A stretch of 62,097 nucleotides of DNA, the filler included, from Stramenopiles sp. TOSAG23-3 (lineage: Eukaryota): assembly GCA_900128585.1 (NCBI GenBank). It is 21 parts of 21 records of this genome, joined end to end, with 100 filler letters (N's around TTAATTAATTAA, not from the genome) between each part and the next. Parts side by side here need not be neighbours in the genome. Positions count along the whole stretch, not along the records: positions 1 to 2,892 come from LT644543.1; positions 2,993 to 5,878 come from LT644544.1; positions 5,979 to 8,862 come from LT644545.1; positions 8,963 to 11,845 come from LT644546.1; 17 more parts are not named here. The stretch is one strand, 5' to 3'. The position numbers and the translations under genes are program-made. Each line of letters starts with the position of its first letter. Within the stretch, counting starts at the first letter, position 1. The notes under the pieces are model-generated. The model had not been told where the DNA came from. It worked only from the letters and a program-made list of their open reading frames with translations, and ran no database searches. Below are positions 1 to 9,146 of the stretch, piece after piece.

Positions 1-2
1 GG

Positions 3-1826
3 ATAAAAATAAAGAAACTGCGAAACGATGCCGACCGTCAAATCAAGAAACTCAGGAGCGATGTCGGCAATAGTATCAAGAAGACTAGGAAAGACGTCAC
101 CGTTGAAATTGGGAAGACTAATAACGCCATCCAGGAGAATAGGCAACGAATGGACAATGCTAACAGGGCCGTCGGCAAACAAATCCGGAACACCAATAAC
201 TTCGTCACCAAGCAAATCACGAAGACCAATAACTTCGTCACCAAGCAAATCACGAAGACCAATAAATTCGTCGCCAAGACCAGAGAGGACGTTGGCAAGG
301 AAATCAAGAAGATATATAAAGGTGTTTCCAGGAACAAGGCGGCGTTAAGAGAGGTTCATGGTAACACTAAAGTATTAGTCAACCAATTGGACGAAGCCAA
401 GCTGATGGCAGACGGTCAAATTTCAAAGTTGCGCCGAAAGTGGGCGAATACAGACATTCGCCTTGCTTATGAGAATCGGAAACGCCCCAAGTCGGCCGGG
501 TGCGCTGGCTGGAAGGAAGCTGGTATCGGCGTGTTTCCGGCTGTGCCGCTGGACGAAGAAATAGACGATAAAACATGTATCAACAAAAACAGGGATAAGC
601 TTTTGGAATCATTCTGTAACTTTCGCACAGGCTTCGATTCTGTATTAGAGGGCCAAAACTTGAAGAATGGAAAACACTACTGGCCGAACATTTGTTGCAA
701 AGCAGATGACAATGCGGGGAAAGATTCCTGCATCGATCCAAGTGGTAACATCAAACGAGAAGACATCGTCCCGTTTGCACTAGCACAGGGTGGACAGGCA
801 AACTTTAAAAATTTGAAAACTGAAGTCGAGGACGTACTGAAACATAACGGGTACATTCATAAAGGCATGAAAAATATCCTGAAGGACCTAAAGGATCGGA
901 TACGCCGCAAAGATTTCAGGGCGGGTGCAACGCGTTTGGAAGAGCGTTTGGAAGACATGCTCAATAAGGACCTCTTTCTTTGTGACCCCAGGATATTCTG
1001 GTCCCCAGAAAATAGAGAACAGCAAATGTGCCAGCTATTCCTTCCGTACGGGCACTATTTAGAGTCATTCCGCTTCGCGTTAGAAAATTTGTTGCCCGAC
1101 TTATACAAACTCCAAAAAGTGTTAGCCCAAAGTGAAGTCTCCGACGGATTTGTCGAATTGATGGAGAAGCGACAAACGAACCATCGGCTCGGGCAGGCGC
1201 CGTTAGGGGCCGCATTAAAGGTTAAGCAGGGAGTGAGTAGCCAAGGAACGTGCAGCAAGGACGGCACAGGAAAGAATAAAGCGGAACTGAAGGAGTGGAA
1301 AAACAGATGGTGTAAGGGGTACCGCCATTTGGAATTGGCGGATGAAACGGCGAAAAATATAGCGATAGTATCTCTTGCGGGATATATCAAGCTCAAAGAT
1401 AATTTCATGGAAGAATTACGAAACGTTTTGAGGTATACGGTGAAGGACGGTTGCTCGTCACCAATGTTTAAACCCCAGGACATCTCTTTGCAGAAGATTG
1501 GCGGAGAATGGGTCGGCGTGGTAATGCTTGATAGTGTCTCCCAAGGCGGGTATTTACGCAGCGAAGTCCCGCAATGCGCGGTGCTGCCGTACCTGCCAAA
1601 GACTGACATCAAAGTGAAAGTATTCACAGATATGGGTGGATGTTGCCAAACAACAAAAGACGCGGAGAGTGCGGCGTGTAAGTCGTGTTTCCTGAAACCG
1701 CTGAAACATCACAGTAGGACAGCGAATGTTGAGTTCGATGTTGAAGTGAAAGGGGATGAGTATAGCTTAGTCAACCGTGGGCATCAGAGGAGGAGACTGC
1801 TGCAAGGCAGAAATGGTCACTGTTGA
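3..1826 (+). CDS. Hypothetical protein, 5'-partial: 11-residue-repeat coiled coil, then Cys-rich region, C-terminus RRRLLQGRNGHC
   Basis: The frame of ORF 150..1826 is open back to position 3 (IKIKKLRNDADRQIKKLRSDVG...). It contains TNNFVTKQITK repeats and CC/CxxC motifs. No family recognised. Confidence 0.8.
   Translation: MKIKKLRNDADRQIKKLRSDVGNSIKKTRKDVTVEIGKTNNAIQENRQRMDNANRAVGKQIRNTNNFVTKQITKTNNFVTKQITKTNKFVAKTREDVGKEIKKIYKGVSRNKAALREVHGNTKVLVNQLDEAKLMADGQISKLRRKWANTDIRLAYENRKRPKSAGCAGWKEAGIGVFPAVPLDEEIDDKTCINKNRDKLLESFCNFRTGFDSVLEGQNLKNGKHYWPNICCKADDNAGKDSCIDPSGNIKREDIVPFALAQGGQANFKNLKTEVEDVLKHNGYIHKGMKNILKDLKDRIRRKDFRAGATRLEERLEDMLNKDLFLCDPRIFWSPENREQQMCQLFLPYGHYLESFRFALENLLPDLYKLQKVLAQSEVSDGFVELMEKRQTNHRLGQAPLGAALKVKQGVSSQGTCSKDGTGKNKAELKEWKNRWCKGYRHLELADETAKNIAIVSLAGYIKLKDNFMEELRNVLRYTVKDGCSSPMFKPQDISLQKIGGEWVGVVMLDSVSQGGYLRSEVPQCAVLPYLPKTDIKVKVFTDMGGCCQTTKDAESAACKSCFLKPLKHHSRTANVEFDVEVKGDEYSLVNRGHQRRRLLQGRNGHC
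192..278 (+). repeat. 33-bp coding tandem repeat, about 2.6 copies
   Basis: ACCAATAACTTCGTCACCAAGCAAATCACGAAG at 192 and 225, with a partial copy at 258. Confidence 0.95.
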
Positions 1827-1990
1827 CAAAACTTTATCGGTAAGTTAGAAGTTTGAAGATAATTTATATTTATTAAGAACTCTTAAAGTTTTCAAAACAA
1901 AAATATTACACTCTTTTAAGTGTTTCTTAATATTCGTAATTCGTACCTCGTATTGTTTTAGTGCCTGGCACTTTATGTGTGCTTCTGTTG

Positions 1991-2890
1991 TTAATGACGG
2001 CAATCTCCACCATCGAACTGGCAACTTTTAGTGTTGCAGGTTTCGTCACATATTCCGTCATTTAGTACGTCCCTGCTCCAGCAATACTTCGAACATAATG
2101 GTTCACAATCTAATGATTTGTCTCTTTTACATACATCATTTCCAGCAAAATATGATTCAACTTTGTTAGTTTTAATCAACGCTTTTAATGCTTTATCAAC
2201 AATAGTGATATTATTGTCCCGAGCGTCGAGGTATTTTAAACCATTAAAGTTCGATAAATATCGCGGGAGTGTCTTTAAGTTACACCGGGCAACGCCTAAG
2301 TCGACCAGACTCGCCCCAAGAGATTCGTCTGGGAATTCAACTATGTTATTCCCGTTTACGTACAAAAACACAAGGCTTGGAAATTGTTTTTTGCTTAACG
2401 GAAATTTGATATCAATATTGTTTTCTCCGATGTGAAGGTAAGTCAACGATGGCAAATAGGATGCAGAAAAAGGTATTTGCCTTATTGCGTTACCCAACAA
2501 AAAAATTCCAGCTACATTCGAATGCGTCCACAATGCATTTTCGTTGTACTGCGTTATATTATTATGATGCAAATATAACGTGTTCAATTTCTCCCACTTC
2601 CCGACATCGACGTCAAACGCTTGTAAGCGGTTAAATGAAACCTCAAACCTTACCATCTCCGTCAACTGCTCCATCCGTGGAGGCAGCACAGTCAAGTTGC
2701 AATTGCGTATTAACATTTTTCGCAACCCGGTCATCGTCTCTACCAGTGAACTCGGCAACGCCACGAGCTTGTAATCATTCTTTATCTCCAAACTCGCACA
2801 ATTGCACGTAGGAGTAAACAAACTCTTGCAGAACGGTATCTTGTTCACGCACCCTTTCTCCCACGTTATCGTGTCACAACCAGACGGGCG
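1991..2890 (-). CDS. LRR protein with C-terminal LNR (Lin12/Notch)-like repeat, 5'-partial; paralogue of 9147..11258
   Basis: The frame is open to the contig end (RPSGCDTITWEKGCVNKIPFC...). It has LxxLxLxxNxI repeats, and the C-terminus CWSRDVLNDGICDETCNTKSCQFDGGDC fits the LNR consensus. Confidence 0.85.
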   Translation of the reverse strand, partial: RPSGCDTITWEKGCVNKIPFCKSLFTPTCNCASLEIKNDYKLVALPSSLVETMTGLRKMLIRNCNLTVLPPRMEQLTEMVRFEVSFNRLQAFDVDVGKWEKLNTLYLHHNNITQYNENALWTHSNVAGIFLLGNAIRQIPFSASYLPSLTYLHIGENNIDIKFPLSKKQFPSLVFLYVNGNNIVEFPDESLGASLVDLGVARCNLKTLPRYLSNFNGLKYLDARDNNITIVDKALKALIKTNKVESYFAGNDVCKRDKSLDCEPLCSKYCWSRDVLNDGICDETCNTKSCQFDGGDCRH

Positions 2891-2892
2891 CA

Positions 2893-2992
2893 NNNNNNNN
2901 NNNNNNNNNNNNNNNNNNNNNNNNNNNNNNNNNNNNTTAATTAATTAANNNNNNNNNNNNNNNNNNNNNNNNNNNNNNNNNNNNNNNNNNNN
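2893..2992. other. Artificial contig linker (44 N + TTAATTAATTAA + 44 N), first of 20
   Basis: The identical 100-nt spacer, with stops in all six frames, recurs at 5879, 8863, 11846, 14829, 17808, 20783, 23757, 26730, 29693, 32652, 35609, 38566, 41518, 44467, 47413, 50357, 53297, 56233 and 59167. Contig lengths fall steadily from 2892 to 2831. Confidence 0.99.
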
Positions 2993-3249
2993 ACTTATCT
3001 TAAGGCATACTATATATGAAAAAAAACAAATTACATACTCTATAATTTGTTTTTTCATTAGTTTCTTTTTAATATATATTATCTCTGAGTGAGATATCGG
3101 ATGAGGAAGTTGATTACGGTTCATCTGCAAGCACTGCCAATTCAGATACCGCTCCGAATATATATTTGTTTTCCAAAATGTCAAAATGTGTGTGTTTTAT
3201 ATTAGACTTATTGACGCGCGGAGGCCATCGTGTCCCCCGGCCAACGCCT

Positions 3250-5139
3250 TCACGAGGAAAATATGTTCCAATTCGAGGGTCGTGACTCTGGTTCATCAAC
3301 TACATCTGTTCCAACGACAGATGACACGGCCCCATAGTAGCGACCGCACCTGGACTTGACTACGTGAGTTTCGCAGGAGTCTGCCTGACCTGCCGTCGTT
3401 AGCATTTTGTGTCTGAACATCACCGCTTGGTTACGAAACATACGTTTTGCAATTGAAAACAAATTGGACAGACTTGTAAAAGAACCGTGCATTCGATTCC
3501 ACCGTCCATCCCACGACCCATAGCGCTCTGTGGCCAGGGAAGATTCATATACCCGTGCATTCGAGTAATGCGTATGGTAGTCGCAAATCAAATAGATACG
3601 GTCTCCATTTTCTTCCCCGTAACTTGCTTTCAGATCGCTCAGAAACTTGGCCATAGACGACGGGTCTGGATCGCTGGTCGGGTACCCGCACAAGAGACGG
3701 ACGGTTTCAAACACGTACGACAAATAGTCTTTCGACGGCGGGAACACCTTTTCGCTGAATTTTACCTCTTCTATGCTCTGCTCGTTGGTCACTTTGGTGT
3801 ATACCTCTGCTATGTAGCGCCTAGGAGTTGACAGAACTATTGTAGAATTTATCAACACCCTCTTTCCGTTTTTATTTTCTGCCACAAACGAATAAGTGGC
3901 GCTGCCTCTCCCACTGAACAGAAACTTAAAGACCGCATATATGTTTTTCCGAGAAAAGGCGGTGACTCTCTTCCAGCGGTCTCGGTAGTTTCCAAACTGC
4001 TCGATGACCTTTGGGTGCTCTGTGGGCGTCATCGACTCAAAATCCCCGCAAAATGTATCGTTGACTACGAAGAGAGCACCGGGGTGTTTGTCCTGAATGT
4101 CTTTCAAGAACTTTCTTAGCATCGCAGGGTTTTCCTTTTCTGTCGGGGCACCGGACAAAAACCTCCAGGTCCTGAACACGTACTCCCTTGGGTCCATCGA
4201 CCACAGCCACGGCTGCTGGTCGTCCGCTTCTGGGTCCGTCAGCCCAATGGATCCTTTGTGTGCGAAAATGTCCTCCCAAGAGTTCATTGGGGTTCCCAAA
4301 AACTGTGAGACGCAAAACTTCGCGATCAGCTCTTTGCTTACGCCTGCGCGGATGCAAGAAACGACAAAAATCTCTCTCGCCTCGTTGACTTCTTCGTTGA
4401 ACTTTAGGTTGCACAGGAGGGACTCCCCCGGCTTCCGCTTGCCATCGATCCAAAACTTTCTCGAGTTTACAAAAATCTTTCGCAAGACTTTTGATATTTT
4501 CACGTTTCGAAGCGTGTAGTTCCTAGTGATAGTGATTTCTGTGCTCTTTCGCTCCTCGCCCAATTTTATTTCGAGTTGACTATTGTTCCTCACCTGTTTG
4601 AAAAAAGGAAATTGCTCCAAGAAGCCGAAGGCTAGTCGCCCGTTTAAGAACGATATGGTCAGCAAGTGCAGGAAGGCAAAGGACTGAAAACGGCCCTTTA
4701 ACTGGGCGTAAAACTGCAGTGGGATGTTGCTCAGGTTTTTCGCTTTGCGTGACTGTTCCGGTGGCGCCTTGGGTCGCTCGATAATCCCCAAGAAGATCAA
4801 GTGGTCCTGAAAGCTTTGAAAGTCGCTCTGAGTGATTATTTTTGCCAGCCTATCGATTCGCAGGATTTTTAAACTTCTCGGCAAGGTAACCTTGGGGTAC
4901 CACGCGAGCGCGTTGCCGACTCCATTCGCTTTCCTTTTCGTGTCCGACACTTTGCGCATTTCACTATCTTCTATCATGCCAGACACCTTCTTCGACGTCT
5001 CCTCGGCTTGCACTGCCACGGGAATTAGCCTTCGCTTCTTCAGCGGGCGGTCGTCCACGTTCGTTGTCTGCATGGCTAGGAACGCCGAAGGGGCTGTTCC
5101 GTGACTGTCTTCTTTCCCCGGTCTCCAACTGTTGTTCAT
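3250..5139 (-). CDS. Hypothetical protein with NLS-like PLKKRR and two tandem homologous domains of about 135 aa (PAS/PAC-like)
   Basis: 629-aa ATG-to-TGA ORF. Internal duplication: EYVFRTWRFLSGAPT..P.ML.KFL.D versus SYVFETVRLLCGYPT..P.SM.KFL.D. Confidence 0.8.
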   Translation of the reverse strand: MNNSWRPGKEDSHGTAPSAFLAMQTTNVDDRPLKKRRLIPVAVQAEETSKKVSGMIEDSEMRKVSDTKRKANGVGNALAWYPKVTLPRSLKILRIDRLAKIITQSDFQSFQDHLIFLGIIERPKAPPEQSRKAKNLSNIPLQFYAQLKGRFQSFAFLHLLTISFLNGRLAFGFLEQFPFFKQVRNNSQLEIKLGEERKSTEITITRNYTLRNVKISKVLRKIFVNSRKFWIDGKRKPGESLLCNLKFNEEVNEAREIFVVSCIRAGVSKELIAKFCVSQFLGTPMNSWEDIFAHKGSIGLTDPEADDQQPWLWSMDPREYVFRTWRFLSGAPTEKENPAMLRKFLKDIQDKHPGALFVVNDTFCGDFESMTPTEHPKVIEQFGNYRDRWKRVTAFSRKNIYAVFKFLFSGRGSATYSFVAENKNGKRVLINSTIVLSTPRRYIAEVYTKVTNEQSIEEVKFSEKVFPPSKDYLSYVFETVRLLCGYPTSDPDPSSMAKFLSDLKASYGEENGDRIYLICDYHTHYSNARVYESSLATERYGSWDGRWNRMHGSFTSLSNLFSIAKRMFRNQAVMFRHKMLTTAGQADSCETHVVKSRCGRYYGAVSSVVGTDVVDEPESRPSNWNIFSS

Positions 5140-5708
5140 CTGTAGGCTTTCCCCACTCCTCGTAGTTTTCGTTCAACTTGTTCAAGATTGGATTTGATGC
5201 AAGCATTATTTAAATGATTTCCTTCTTATTCCGGGGAAAAATCGTTTTCCGTCATATTTGTTGTGTATATACTTTCGTTTTTATTGTCAATTCTATTGTT
5301 ACTGTCTGCTGATGGGTCATTTTTTCTTCTTCTTTTTTAACTACCGGTACACAGTATACCGTACGTACATGGTCCTCTTCTTCTCTCCTCCTCCTCAATT
5401 TTTCTTCTTCGTAGTAGTAGATAGAAGAAGTACGAAGTCAATTACGAAATAAATTGAAACGACGACGTCGTACCTTGGTAGTTTTTATTATTCTTTCTTA
5501 GACATCTTGTAGGATATTGCCTATACACTAACTACGACCGTACCTACCAAATTGACACACGGTGAAAATACATAGAACAAAATCAACTGAATGTTGCCAA
5601 ACTAAGAAGCTTCTTTCATTTTCAGAGTTTGTATTTCAGAAGACTTGCTATGTACCTCTTATCAATAATATCATATTGGTCCAAATGGTACCTTTTTTTT
5701 TACCGTCC

Positions 5709-5797
5709 CCCCTCGTTTTTGCGTTTGTATGTGGGTGATTTGATGGTCCCCGTTTGATGCCCCCGTTTTTTGTATTTGTATATGGGTGATTGATGGT
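5709..5797. repeat. Imperfect direct repeat, two copies of about 39 bp
   Basis: CCCCTCGTTTTTGCGTTTGTATGTGGGTGATTTGATGGT versus CCCCCGTTTTTTGTATTTGTATATGGGTGATTGATGGT. Confidence 0.8.
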
Positions 5798-6236
5798 GTG
5801 TGGGGTTGGTTGTGCCTTTTTATTTTCTTCTTTTCGGGAAAAATCGAAAAGAACAACCAAATCGTCAAGGGCAATATCNNNNNNNNNNNNNNNNNNNNNN
5901 NNNNNNNNNNNNNNNNNNNNNNTTAATTAATTAANNNNNNNNNNNNNNNNNNNNNNNNNNNNNNNNNNNNNNNNNNNNTATTTTTTTATTACACAAAAAA
6001 TAAGTTAGGTTACTTACTATCCATACCAGTAGTGAGTAAAAGTGAATCGTCTCTTATCATATATAATGTATGCAAATTTAAGCTAAGTACTGACATCTTG
6101 GTTTAAAAGTTTTGTTTCTTTTGTATGTAACGAAACGAAAGGTTTTTAACAGCGGTTCAACCTTTTTTTTTTCTTTCGCTACTGTTATTTTCTCGTAGCG
6201 GATTACGCCCTACTCGGACGGACGGACAACGGGACT

Positions 6237-7469
6237 ATGGGAAACGCATGGGACGGTCACGGAGGAATGACCACCTTCAATGTTACGGATGGGTTTGAAG
6301 AAGCTTGGATTCGTGGGTACAGGTCGGGTTTTATTACACACGCTGCGTACCAGCAGCTTATGGACTACAAACCACCCTCGGACGGCCAGAATAGTTTGAA
6401 CGACATAAAGCTTAACTTGCAGGAAACGGACTATGGAACGTTTCTGGGAGACTACACTAACAACTTGGACGAGAAAGTGTTGGCCCGAAAGATGCAAGAA
6501 AAGGTGGCCTCCGAATTCCACTACTTGAGGTGCCTAGCGTCGCCAGACTTGGCAAAATTTCTGGACTTCATCGCAGTGCAGTACATGATCGAGAACGTTG
6601 TGTCCATTTTGAACCAGAACAGCTCTAAAAATATGGAAGAAGTGATTGAGGAACTGCACCCCTTGGGGCGGTTCGACGATAGTGCTCTGCGAAGTCTGGT
6701 AAACATGGAAACTTCCAAAGAAGGGATCGAGGAGATCTACTCGCTTGTCCTCGTCGACACCCCCCTGGCGCCCTATTTTGCCAGGCTTGTAGAGGTACTG
6801 GGTGGCAAAGGGAACCTGACAGACATTTTGCGAGACACTAGCAGCAACGTCGTGACCAACCTCCTGCAAAGGTTTTATTTGGAAGATTTTTACGCGTTTT
6901 GCCAGAGCCTAGGCGGCGAAACTGCGGAGGTCATGGGTGACATTTTGGAGCAGCGCGCTGACCATCGTTCCATTAAGATTGTGAAAAACACCATCGGTAC
7001 CGTACTGGCGAAGCGGAAAAACTTCAGGGACCGGGCCATGTTGTTTCCCTCCTTTGGAAAGCTGTACCCGATGCTGCTCGAGGAGCACGACGCAGCGCTG
7101 ACCATCGTTCCCCGGAAAATTGGCTTCGTGCCCATCGATTCCCTACCCATGTTGAAGCACTCCCTGTCCTGCTTCCCTGAGTTCAAAAGTTTAGCGAACT
7201 CGGAGATCATGGATGGTCGAGGGGACCTTGAGCACTACTGCTATGAGCGAGAGGTCAAATTGTGCGAGCTAGCATTTGAAGGCCAGTTTCATTACGGAAT
7301 GTTTTACGCGTATTTCCGTTTGAGAGAGCAAGAAATTAGAAATGTCGAATACATCGCACGCATGACCCTCCTGAGGACACCAGAGGAAATGAAGGACAAC
7401 GTCATTCCAATTTTTTACGACGAACAACCATGGCGAACGGGTGCCGAAGCGAACCTTGCCCGGCGATAA
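6237..7469 (+). CDS. VMA6: V-type ATPase V0 subunit d
   Basis: Motifs FNVxDGFxEA..RGYRSG, LNDIKLNLQETDYG.FL, YMIENV, HPLG.F, YLEDFYAFC..LGG.TAEVM, QFHYG.FYAY..LREQEIRN. Intronless. Confidence 0.95.
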   Translation: MGNAWDGHGGMTTFNVTDGFEEAWIRGYRSGFITHAAYQQLMDYKPPSDGQNSLNDIKLNLQETDYGTFLGDYTNNLDEKVLARKMQEKVASEFHYLRCLASPDLAKFLDFIAVQYMIENVVSILNQNSSKNMEEVIEELHPLGRFDDSALRSLVNMETSKEGIEEIYSLVLVDTPLAPYFARLVEVLGGKGNLTDILRDTSSNVVTNLLQRFYLEDFYAFCQSLGGETAEVMGDILEQRADHRSIKIVKNTIGTVLAKRKNFRDRAMLFPSFGKLYPMLLEEHDAALTIVPRKIGFVPIDSLPMLKHSLSCFPEFKSLANSEIMDGRGDLEHYCYEREVKLCELAFEGQFHYGMFYAYFRLREQEIRNVEYIARMTLLRTPEEMKDNVIPIFYDEQPWRTGAEANLARR

Positions 7470-8089
7470 ATCACCCGCGTTGTAGAACCATAAGATGTTT
7501 GCGAAATAGGGGACGATATTCACGCACTATACTTCGTATATTTACAGAATAACTTTTTATAATATTATTTACAAATTTTTAAATCCATTTTTTAGTTCGT
7601 AACCAAGAAGTGTAAAGTAAATTATACTTCTTCGTATTTCTGTATATTTAATTAAATTACTCTCGTGATGCTCTCCTTATGTACTATAATATCATCCATC
7701 CGGCGTATTTTAAATATCGTTTAGATAAATAGAAAATAATAATAGAGTTTTATGCCATTGTAACACAGTCTAAGTCAAATAATAAACGTCTCCTATACTA
7801 ATCCGTACTTATTGTTTCCTTTTTACTACCCTATACTTCAACCCCATTCTCATATTTATCCAATCCAACAACCACCACACCACCAAAATTTTCAATCAAT
7901 ACAAAATAACAATTACCTTGGTAATTGAGAGAATGGAAAAAATGGATGAATACTTGGGGAAACGATCAATTGAAGAAATTATTGGAAGTGAACTTGCAAG
8001 TAACCAACCGTATATCTTGTTGTGATTTATTTGTACTAATTTTATGGGCAGGCATTGATTTTTTAGCTTTGGTTAGCGCACGATACAAC

Positions 8090-8862
8090 ATGTCCTATCT
8101 GGCGAAAATGTTAGGTGGCAAAAAGGCCAAACCTAAAGCTAAAAAAAAATCGAAAAAGAAAGACAAGAAGCACTCGAAAAAGAGGAAGAGTCTGGCAGAA
8201 AAGTATGGGAGTTCAGATACTGCCGGTAATAAACCAAAGTCTAAGCATACGATTCGACCGTCAAAGGCTCGCAGTGATGACGCCGTAACGATAACTACGC
8301 CGTCGGGCGCTGGAAACAGTGCGGCATTTCGTATTGACTCGGACGATGACGACGAAGTGGGCACTGCAACGAGCTGTGTGCGTGCTAATAGCCGGCTTGA
8401 TTCGGATTCGGATTCGGATACTGACGCCGATCCACCACGACCGCCTCAGGAAGCCGGCAGCCGGCTTGACTCGGGTTCTGATTCTGACGCTGACCCACCG
8501 CGGCCGTCAGCACAGGGCGACGATGAGGATAGCGACGCTGAACCCCCCCGTAGAGTGCCGGGCGAGCTAAAAATGAAAAACGGGGCGAAGGCTGGTCTTC
8601 TGAAAGTTGAAGATTATGAACGGGAAGAAGAAAGAATTAAGCTGTTAAATGTACAAAAAAACTCGGGCGCGTCCATGGGTGGCAATGCAGGCACGGTTTA
8701 TCGTACCAAAACTGGACACCGAATGAACGCGGAGGAAGCTCTGAAAGCGAAAGTAAAGGAAGACAAAGAGTCCCAACTGCTGCGAAAGAGAGAGAGGGCT
8801 GAAATGAGCAAAGGGGTGGTTCAGAGAAAAATGGAAAGAGAACGGGCAGAACGTGCCAGAAA
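8090..8862 (+). CDS. BUD13: Pre-mRNA splicing RES complex subunit Bud13, 3'-partial
   Basis: MSYLAKML start with K-rich N-terminus, repeated DSDxDxPRR-type elements, GLL..., TVYRTKTGHRM and KGVVQ motifs. ATG at 8090 is preferred over the TTG at 7925. Confidence 0.8.
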
Positions 8863-9146
8863 NNNNNNNNNNNNNNNNNNNNNNNNNNNNNNNNNNNNNN
8901 NNNNNNTTAATTAATTAANNNNNNNNNNNNNNNNNNNNNNNNNNNNNNNNNNNNNNNNNNNNCCGTTGTGCGCCATTGCCTCAATGCATGCTCGGAATAG
9001 ACAGTGTCCGTCTCGCGGGACGTCCATTACCCGATAGCCCTATATTAATACGACAATACTCTATAATAATTCCTACTACGAGTAGACGACTATTTTTATC
9101 AACTCATTCTATATTTCATTCTATATATTTAGAATACGTATTGCCA

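Noticed and set aside
2893-2992. Regularly spaced TTAATTAATTAA as a CRISPR-like or biological repeat
   Set aside because: It is embedded in fixed 44-N runs and is a six-frame-stop concatenation linker.
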